DNA of 64,000 bases from Barthelona sp. PCE (lineage: Eukaryota). The notes under the pieces are model-generated. The model saw nothing but the letters and a program-made list of their open reading frames with translations. It did no database searches and had not been told where the DNA came from. The translations under genes were made by a program, and so were the position numbers. Positions 58,401 to 64,000 of the stretch are shown one piece after another (positions within the stretch are counted from its first letter, which is position 1; every line of letters begins with the position of its first letter). The DNA is taken from positions 682,001-746,000 of the forward strand of contig JAUFOR010000008.1 of assembly GCA_040285745.1 (NCBI GenBank). Direction: 5' to 3'.

Positions 58401-60923
58401 CATCAGTCACTCTTCTTCGGTCAGTTTGGTAAGGACATTGGATCTGCTAATATTTTGTTTGAATCTATGAGTGCTGTAGTAAGGGTCGAACCAGTCATAG
58501 CGGACAGAGGTGTCATTTTGACACTGCCAGACTCTCTCCATGCTGCAAACGAGTACAATTGCACACTTATCTTTGACAACGGACTGCATTCAGACCCCGC
58601 TAGGCTGCGCGTTGTGGTACCTTACTCGCCTCTATGTGACCCACAGTCCATTCCTGCAAATGTTCGGAAGCAAGTGCCTGGTGCCGGTGTTGTCAGTAGT
58701 AGTGATACATCCAGATGCATTGCATCTCCGAGATACGATACTGATGACGTAGTAACGTTATCTGTTCATAACAAACATGTTTTAGGTGTTTTAGTTACCT
58801 TCTTTGATGCATGTGGTGACAGCACATTCGGTGTGCTTGGGAAACAAGCTGTTGAGCCCATCTGCACCCAAATTCCGTCGTTTGGCATTACTCATCAGAT
58901 ATGTTTCATGGATATCGACACGGTGCGGGAAGACATTCATGTTTCTCAGTTCAATACGTGTATTGGAGTAACTGCTGTTGATGCTGTGGGATATTCTCTC
59001 GATGAGATGGTCTCGTTAAGTCTTGTTACTGATGAAAAGTACGTGCCATATCCCCGTAGCGCACTTACGATTTCGATCACTCCACTAAATTCTATTGGTG
59101 CAGTACTTGAGACACAACACTCTGCCAAAGTGATCTCTATGAATGAAGTGCGAGATGTAACTGTAGCTGGAACAACCACTATTGTTCTTGCAGTTCACAA
59201 ACGAGGTCTCCTTTGTATATACGTCGGAATTGCATCTATCGAGAGCATCGTGTGTGTTTCTGTGCTCGAAGGTCCCCCTGTCAGCTTCTGTGACAATGAT
59301 ATTCTGTTCGAAAGTCCTCTTACAGTAGATCTTGACTTATATGTGATGATTCCTTCATTTTGTGATGCTATTGGTGCTTCAGTCGATGAAACATGCTCAA
59401 TAGATTGTATCTCGAACGATATCAACTGTACTAACTCAAATGGCAAGCTACATATGAAGGGTGCAGTGCTCAATGGAACAGATTTTGTGGCAGTAAGCCC
59501 TAACTGCAGTTTCTTTAGTGATTCAATCAAGTTCCAAGTGCATAAACCAGTGTTGAACTCTATTGAAATTATTTCTCTTCAACTGTCACCCCAAAAGAAC
59601 GGACATACTACTCTAATCTTCTCAGATACACTTCATGAGATGATGCACCGCGAGATAGCTGTTAATTACACAGTGTTCCAACAAGGAGTACACATAAGCA
59701 ACACAGAATTCCATATTTCACACAACACAGGGTTTGTCTTACCTCCAACGAACGTTGCACATGGAACTTTGCTTGTCATCTGTTTCACACACAGAAGTGA
59801 TGCTGGTATTGTTGAGACATGTCGTAATTCAACAGTTAAATGCGATGAAAACGAAATTTGGAGCAGAAACGTGTGCTTGTGTGCCGCTGGATTCACTCTT
59901 GTTGATAACGTATGCAAACCGTGTGGTATGGGCTCTTTTAAATCGGAACTTACCAATCCTTCTTGCTCTCCGTGTCCGCCCACGATGACGTCGCTAATCG
60001 GGGCGCGTAGTGCTGATCAATGCCACTGTCCGAATGGAACTTCGTGGGATAAAGCGGCCAGCGCGTGTTATTTATGCCATCGTGGATACATGTGCTTCAA
60101 TGGGTCCATCCAAGCCGTACGCACTGGGTTCTATCTCGTTGAGGGAGATGTTGTTCCTTCTGAGTGTTCATCGATGCAGTGCACAACTATTAGTGCATCA
60201 GTCAGCACAAAGTGCAGCAACGGTTCGCTTGGCCTGTTGTGCAACATGTGTGAGGATGGATATGTTCGGAACAGACGCACCTCGTGTGTCGAATCCTTTG
60301 CCAACACAGACTGGCAGACTTCATTAATTGTAATTGCTGGAGTTATGATCACTGCACTTACAATGAGTATTTGGCCAGGCTCTTCTGTGTACTTGGTTTC
60401 GCTTTTTGCATCATGGAAGTTGGCATACGTCACAGTATTCCGTAATTGGATCTTTCAAGTTGCATCTCTGTCGATTGCATATGAATCTCTTACTTCATTT
60501 CCTATTGTTGTAATTGAGGTGGTGTTGTTCATATCACTTATGTTTATGAGATTAGGGAAGCTAAAGAAACTTATGTACATAAAGCACGTTTTAATTTTAC
60601 TGGTTTTGGACTTCTGCTTTTTTTCAGGCCTTTCAACTCCTTCTTTGCGTAATTTCTCTCTAACATTCACATCTTCTGCACCTATGCATTCTGCTGTAGG
60701 TGTTATTTTCGTTCTTTTATTGAAAGTGAGCCACGAAAACAACTTTGTCAAGCACACCTTTATTTCCTCAGTGCTATGTGCTTTGGTATTCTCTTTCCAT
60801 CCTTCTTTGATGACTGCAGTTTCATTTTTGATGTTTGTATCCCTTATACTACATTCATCGTTACATACACAACGACTTATTCTTCACATTATTGGAATTT
60901 TCATTTATCTCCTCTATATTTAG
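49497..60923 (+). CDS. giant cell-surface protein: signal peptide, beta-rich stalk, IPT/TIG repeats, Cys-rich GCC2/GCC3-like repeats and a C-terminal multi-TM block
   Basis: Signal MNIRVFLLLSLFFLKTYA (alternative ATG at 49485); VSGSHFG, LFGSNFG and CSLPPGTG IPT motifs; CAAGF...CKPCGMGSFK...CSPCP repeats; C..GSLGLLC..C.DGY; about seven hydrophobic segments at the end. Confidence 0.85.
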   Translation: MNIRVFLLLSLFFLKTYASVYVLTEQLIKDQTSIGKSYSHVTFEDGVELSGEVFPNLECFEPLDLYFLEHMKTICGIFRNFKSVYGLTTDTVEFCEDFSITTSVYQNWTISVLSSVYPVSLPTFTLHVDQLNITGTKVIVNQLLLFDEAFFKNAFITAQGVFAYNQLMIEETLVGNELTVPITILPGGTLKMYGQAETLSIQFLLHTGATVDGILTTQHHVFVSNHVKCTEGSIVTASHIIKKDFDLYNEDFGLINTYFVGYEFPEWCFAQTDIGLDEHIAGFEDEAKKALVSREGNTISFGDRIFEKAVPKTVEHKRYVPNLNINNATDIFIDTVYAGDFTAIGSYIIVEGLECDSLTLIETPLRFRKADGTASTLKIATIFETDGVIHLENDVIIDGNAQLGTIVWGYGHKLTVNGVCYVNNSIVLHELTLMCSSIVRTENSNRFIHFELEYHTLLQTQSIDLGVFSLFSTDLLSVLEAQLCHISNSTTLYSANLVCKNLFVKGGAVTDGVAARNLTFSDFHFDMEECPKFIQKTTGNLTFAGDTDSYNREIILSQYLAYYVQHYRGAIVRTHTNLRQAITIVNCVFDDLLINTNHEVKIMDSTITKLTLMTNMRVRTSGDVKVGAITMYHGSRITGDTIHIELLTIDRDITMGPFNLAVYDKIHSSGNHVLTIIDGRHIATVIDMGSPFGIDGSGIFSPEMIINNGSCSSCLLSVEAVLQTPIIQLKSILLYVNITASIEKITIQYSQVTCAGFCEFGSVHIREGGSVRVMSNSETDDAMLQINDLLDIDSVNGGFASSSYVIYIASSGTAYFGGTVRVGVDAYIYIGNALIITGTVYNSTDCHLFLNFYCAVYRFFALSVPSNTVGLADECSTVEQQRRMYFPSRPDRGFYPTPTGFSSFKFTNRKITNPGKFPETNYAYIVMPDTDLIMDHSNHKDYPTMIIVALPGVTISISGEFLIERCYEYRYFVCPNGNIEVNSGFSLTQQKHISTCTNQYFYFLGTVTTNFVTARMEHLKLFIFNGVMDFHTTMSWPMTLTNSKHIGGPSAVIKSTNDAALSGFLFDDKITFIKTDNAFLVVPNADATINLAAIPEMENGAYTLPDCPKLMRYATDEPILIRMESSCAIRGQFPERYLSHTTITSDGVVHIDALSLSALSIQSYGIIIHNQLLSSKTEQSDMTKLEAQYLHVAYGATAKFNLLRMDFTVKETTVDVGGMLIFTGGEGNKASNGLYFKLYMVYNVELYVYGEIKFLLLGSTSIAVFAFPELGVDASECTLHQHIYGKYTVGDATTFLPTSRSVMHVYPSATLILNEGIILVDDTFTSLETRMAFMCQPWRYMWTKKIAHTDFWNDLEWSVIFSTECHRSELIVEWYDGFESSSRNFRGADKFPRFASLVSTRNTWHLFENPSGRFSCENCLFYQETVSYVADTTVDNPNKPVKAISGAKITSASTTVTHTATRGSIQYIGTSSNAEVVDKSSGQVGEIIIEMSDTSYAKFVKLEAFVSYEHESMLLSINSHIEFYIPSDADIIKSRIHVMNNGWLSLYSAQTEAIISDISIIVREGGTINFRETTIILDSENSLYLYPKSTLDFSAVSMCVYMMFKYDHDIDIVITAKLLQNSCNPKLEFQSDSKSITINSQRPIPLTIDLLGVSHSISIGSCEIIDVNINSFESAQLTLFIHGRKPNLLGQNIPTSFHLRSGMEVCSFDNSVAADVFSGQFDVESIWYEDQPGMCIGENVPIDIVCVNVLPCSESQTIVFKKNLVLYRDMDPDMPSIFNLMWTTAASTNIYVHGVELSAPKPVIADTIHFSNIKLVFQNSQSYLDCGDYIASNVFLTYEQYQADDCPVQASRSAVIHGPQQYFASVSAALRVKTPYVLIYDCPDPILIDFPSIVRAGKASIEYTDTHAVDLHVYGPLSIHGPAKTSAKIYCAQCVPHLQTETQLLVRSAGDIELNSSANTDNVVFSSPMSFHSISDDRVLNVSDGMFFASQTNVNFTLSRALLNMHTYAEGVAFVDSKNSTFVVYNTSSEPYITPLNEDTQSVIGYSILKHNEWRYLDPADMQLALSFKSCAVTEFAFSHQPQSVICVGDSLTDQMLVWIELNCGVPQLVPFTVINRTAVVLEYPSHIGHGNLFIQTDGINGPVLDTFMHPPSLIIKTGDTVWEGDVISITAEFDLQGGSCPSYEMKLDDITFSLLQNELVFEVPVVYGYDRTLSLSVDGVVVHQEGIDVRPPSVVAVAFLSYDVIMTLSFIPTGMMPLLYVNDSLTAVSGDGNMFTLRNALQSICYSQSVSLTVDLSGYQYNFSFIVDTPSLNGTFNPNSQSAEVLIPVKHLQAENCGLSLLLSPIQYISGYSARVNGSGVVLAVDAVDMITVATSNGSSTASVIFPLPVVLNVDGLESPKFPTTGSTMTVSGSHFGFKHTAGLLSVEGMDCIFSSMEELVCSLPPGTGKNHRVLVKLASQAAEPFTFSFKPPIITHTKPMFAYCSIPTRLTLFGSNFGRWDDRVDVIVDGYVISVSSVDHTSATVLIPPRAAGCDGTDLRSSMIVSVDAQSVGHSIQYATVSDPSPLFCRRGACTVYFSAPATMNIDQVKLSDATFKCDKTNKFSYKCSVSAGPGVYRTYVHDALGGGWLRTADITFFDVHTSNVIAPLQSATVKVEGILIDSDVTVIQKPSGDRGLVPAYGSFFWTTIRSDTTTVSYSVGDSLLVEDLISVKRLTARTDDVLYSIEEIETAKLIIEVSVEILWEVQLVFDSTPVTCQWHGVRMYTCPFPASGTSAAPVLSLYVSENTLSIPVQGRVEVYSVHTVSENILLTGAITKITLNGEYLPTTSLYCGTDTFTCDFNSSSSVFCEVIFLNSGLVKCLYGTTTVPPLSLEKPLVIDLPTRVPANTRISVYYTVLPVGSTLITNEAPVTTHLPPLTAGDHIVQVCLASSCVDVTIITVVNLTISLDEPIINVAESLLVRIIVEHQSLFFGQFGKDIGSANILFESMSAVVRVEPVIADRGVILTLPDSLHAANEYNCTLIFDNGLHSDPARLRVVVPYSPLCDPQSIPANVRKQVPGAGVVSSSDTSRCIASPRYDTDDVVTLSVHNKHVLGVLVTFFDACGDSTFGVLGKQAVEPICTQIPSFGITHQICFMDIDTVREDIHVSQFNTCIGVTAVDAVGYSLDEMVSLSLVTDEKYVPYPRSALTISITPLNSIGAVLETQHSAKVISMNEVRDVTVAGTTTIVLAVHKRGLLCIYVGIASIESIVCVSVLEGPPVSFCDNDILFESPLTVDLDLYVMIPSFCDAIGASVDETCSIDCISNDINCTNSNGKLHMKGAVLNGTDFVAVSPNCSFFSDSIKFQVHKPVLNSIEIISLQLSPQKNGHTTLIFSDTLHEMMHREIAVNYTVFQQGVHISNTEFHISHNTGFVLPPTNVAHGTLLVICFTHRSDAGIVETCRNSTVKCDENEIWSRNVCLCAAGFTLVDNVCKPCGMGSFKSELTNPSCSPCPPTMTSLIGARSADQCHCPNGTSWDKAASACYLCHRGYMCFNGSIQAVRTGFYLVEGDVVPSECSSMQCTTISASVSTKCSNGSLGLLCNMCEDGYVRNRRTSCVESFANTDWQTSLIVIAGVMITALTMSIWPGSSVYLVSLFASWKLAYVTVFRNWIFQVASLSIAYESLTSFPIVVIEVVLFISLMFMRLGKLKKLMYIKHVLILLVLDFCFFSGLSTPSLRNFSLTFTSSAPMHSAVGVIFVLLLKVSHENNFVKHTFISSVLCALVFSFHPSLMTAVSFLMFVSLILHSSLHTQRLILHIIGIFIYLLYI

Positions 60924-61119
60924 TTATTTTCAGCAGACAAAATTGTATAACTTGGGCCATAACCGTTCAAAAACGGTTATGACATGTGAAGTAACCATAA
61001 ATGTTTACCACAAAAAATTTTTCCCTCTACACGATAATTTTAGGATGAATAGACCAATAATAAAACATACCCACTTAGTATTTTCTTAAAAATGTAAAAG
61101 CTTGAGACACATAGTCAAC

Positions 61120-61127
61120 CCTTTTCA
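61120..61127 (+). promoter_or_regulatory. CCTTTTCA candidate core-promoter/initiator element
   Basis: 7 nt upstream of Rab ATG 61135. Confidence 0.6.
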
Positions 61128-61134
61128 AAAATCG

Positions 61135-61764
61135 ATGGAGTCTGAAAGAGCTTTGAAAACCGCTCCCATTGGTAAAGTGTGCACACTGGGGCAAGCATAT
61201 GCTGGTAAAACAACACTCATATATCGTTTCACTGAGAATGAGTTTAATTCAGCAACAGCACCAACATTAGGTGTTTGTTTCGCTACAAAAAACGTAGAGC
61301 TCACAGAAGAGGGACTCGTGGTACCATTAAAAATATATGATACTGCAGGAGAAGAGAAGTTCACTTCTTTAAGTCGAATCTATTACAGAGGAGCTGATGT
61401 CGCAGCAGTGTGCTACGACATGAGCAATAAGGACTCGTGGGATCGTGTCAAATTCTGGGTGGATCAGTTGCAGAAGAACAACGATAACTCACACTGTCGT
61501 ATTTACATTGTTGGTCTAAAAGCTGATCTTATCGCAGATTTGGATGAGAGTCAACACCCAATATCACCACAAGTTGTTGAACAATTCGCTCATGAAATCC
61601 ACGCTCGCACATTTGTTACTTCTGCCTTAACCGGTATTGGTGTTGTAGAACTCTTTGAGGAAATTGCAAGAGACATCGCCAGTGTTTCGACACAGAGCCA
61701 AATTGATGAGCCAAATATCTTTCAGTTGGATGATGAACAAGAGGATCCAATTTGTTGGTGCTAG
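61135..61764 (+). CDS. Rab GTPase, Rab24-like
   Basis: GQAYAGKTT, DTAGE, SRIYYRGA..A.VCYD, VKFWV..L, CRIYIVGLKADL, TSALTG and a C-terminal CWC prenylation motif. First ATG is at 61135. Confidence 0.85.
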   Translation: MESERALKTAPIGKVCTLGQAYAGKTTLIYRFTENEFNSATAPTLGVCFATKNVELTEEGLVVPLKIYDTAGEEKFTSLSRIYYRGADVAAVCYDMSNKDSWDRVKFWVDQLQKNNDNSHCRIYIVGLKADLIADLDESQHPISPQVVEQFAHEIHARTFVTSALTGIGVVELFEEIARDIASVSTQSQIDEPNIFQLDDEQEDPICWC

Positions 61765-61976
61765 ATTCAAATGAAAGAACATCTACTGGAAATTTTATTG
61801 TTGTTGAACACGTACGCATATGAATTTACACCAGATTTAAATATAGTAAAATTATCTTTTTTTTTTTACAGGACAGGAGACATTCAGCATAAACGTTTTA
61901 AAAAGTTGAAGTATCGGCGGTTGACTTAACATTAAGAGATCAATCTTTTCTTTTAAGACCAAGAATGGTTCGAGTA

Positions 61977-64000
61977 TTATTCACTCCTGAACCTTAGAGC
62001 TTTAAAATCCTCGATAGAAATTGCTGACGTTGCAGTACTATTATTGAACACGTACCAACTATACCGCAATTGCGGTTTAATTCTTGATTGCTGTGCACTA
62101 TGAGAATTTTTAAATCTAGAAAACCCAAGTTCAATACCAGCATTACTTGCTACAGTGTTTTTGTACTTATGCACTAATTCCCGTATCTTTTCCACACCTT
62201 TCACTGCTGGATTCGTGTGACCATAGGCAAGCGCTAGACGGATATCAGTTTCACGCACACCCTGATCGGAAAAATCATACTTATTCCTCTCAGTCCTCTG
62301 AATACGTGTTGGTGTGCCGTCAACTGTTCTCGATTCTCTGGCTAGTCTTCTTCGTCTTGGGGATACTATAGCAATCATAAGAAATTGGGAATCATTTGAT
62401 CTCTCTTCAACGGTTTGATGTACAATTCCCTTTTCCCGACTTTCGCAGGAAGCAGAGAAACATGCATCAAAATTGGAACAGAGAATGGAAATGATATGGG
62501 CAACCAAGCCTTTGTAATATCCAAAATTCCTGAACTCATTACTTATCTCCCGTTCAAAATTAGTGTGTAAAACTGTAATACTAGCAAAAGGGAAATCGGG
62601 CCCAGCCGCTTGGAACTTTGTTGGCAAAAATGAATAGATCATCAATCCTTTAAGACGTGCAAATTCAAAGCTTTTATCAGAAAGCTCAGTGTTATCAGGA
62701 GCTATGATATACTTCAGCTTTGCTTTTAAAAACTCGTCATACAACTCTTCAGCAAAACTACTCCTATGTTCATTAGAAATGGTTTCAACCCACACATCTT
62801 CTTCACTGCAGAGCAGATATGCTGCCAATGGTTCGGGCATTATGAGATACTTGCAAAAATAATGGCGCAAATACTCGAACAAACCAGAGAGGTACTTGTA
62901 CAAAAATGTTTCTGTGTGCTCTCTTGCAGCATCACTTCGGTTCTTCAGGATATAGAACAGCAACTTTGCAACGTGATGATAAGCTTGCAAAACAGACGTT
63001 GATTCGGCGCTGCACAATTGTTGCACGAACACCATACAACGAAAAGCACGCAGATATACACGGCACATTTCCCACATCTCTTGCTCCAAAGAAAACCCTT
63101 GAGGCTCCTTGTATAAAGGGCTTAGAAAGTGACGATAGTGTGTATTGGAATCATAAGTGTTATCAGTTGAAGATAAAATGCGCTTGATTTTCAACATTGA
63201 TTCATCGTCATTCTCATACCTGCCGTAAAAAAAAGTTCTTTGTGAGTTCAAAATGTGAAATATTTAAAACTATTGAGGTAGAAATACTGTCTGTTGATGC
63301 ATCATCATGAATTTCAACATCAAGTGCTTGTTCCAACGCACCCAAGGGTATATCAACGTACAGAGATCCGCATAAGATATCGCAAATGGACTCTACTGAA
63401 CCCCATCGAACATGTTGAAGGACACTACTATCTCTAAAGTCACACAACAATAAGTGGTACTTTAACCCTAATTGCATGAGTTCAGCACTTAAAATGGTCT
63501 GAATACCAGCGAATGTCTTCAAGTACTGCTTTTGTTGCTGTATCTGCTTGGCATAATCGTATAACGGTGTTAATGTGAGATGGTAGGTAAAGTTGCTGTA
63601 GTTGGGCACTGTTTCTTGAAATGACGGCTGCTCCCTGTTCTGTGAAGATCTCCCCCTTGCCTCATAACCAACGATGTTATTGACAAACTTTTGAATATCT
63701 AAAAATTTGTAATTCTGATGCTGGTTCAAAAAATCGACACATGATGACTCAAAATACGATACATATGCAAACATGAAGAGCAGCGCTTCATCCTTAAAAT
63801 TCTCATTGGTATCATACACAATACTAGAGAATGTCTCATCATCTACTTCTTCAATCGAAGCATTATCTGGAACATCCTCAAACAACTCATGGGTCTTATT
63901 GAGTTGCACCACAGAGGATAGCCTAACCAGGGGGGAGCGTGCTATACAGCGATTGGTGAAAAACTGTTCGCCTTCAAGCTGCTTGTAAAGCCTCTTGACA
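61977..64000 (-). CDS. hypothetical protein split into two overlapping frames (61977-63251 and 63214-edge); 5' end lies outside the window
   Basis: The upstream frame is open to the window edge. The two frames overlap by 38 nt around a T8 run and a CAG|GTATGA donor-like site. Confidence 0.55.

Noticed and set aside
61812-61870. GT...poly(T)ACAG intron-like segment after the Rab stop codon
   Set aside because: It lies outside any CDS and no frame evidence can test it. It may be simple T-rich 3' sequence.
1-64000. Alternative genetic code, prokaryotic or viral origin, CRISPR arrays, transposons, tRNA/rRNA
   Set aside because: All three stops end conserved proteins at expected positions and the gene content is core eukaryotic. 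No repeat-spacer arrays, transposase/RT ORFs, terminal repeats or structured RNA genes were recognised by eye.

Overview
Eukaryotic nuclear DNA from a very compact, almost intron-free genome using the standard code (TAA, TAG and TGA all end conserved genes). About 28 protein-coding genes fill the window. Recognisable ones are UTP20, a WAC-DDT-WHIM (ACF1/Itc1-type) ISWI subunit, PAN3, delta-tubulin, SCAMP (one 40-nt intron), an Sfp/AASDHPPT-type PPTase, Arp4-like actin, an MFS transporter, PNKP, a TBC RabGAP, bacterial-type peptidase T, two glycerolipid acyltransferases, a Kir/KirBac-like channel, a degenerate CLC, IFT139/TTC21B, ERCC1, a WDR60-like protein, a ~3,800-aa surface protein and a Rab24-like GTPase. 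There are also several orphans. Delta-tubulin, IFT139 and WDR60 imply a flagellated cell. Compactness, strong divergence, PepT and a Trichomonas-like CCTTT/TCA promoter motif suggest a metamonad-type anaerobic flagellate, but this is inference only. The most notable signals are a recurrent CCTTTTCA element just upstream of start codons, poly(A)-like hexamers fused to stop codons, overlapping or abutting convergent CDSs, an ERCC1 with a canonical C-terminal PIP box, ion-transport proteins with rewritten selectivity motifs, and a split ORF at a T8 run. I found no rRNA, tRNA, CRISPR array or mobile element, and no clear multi-gene novel system. All family calls come from motif recognition by eye, without database searches.
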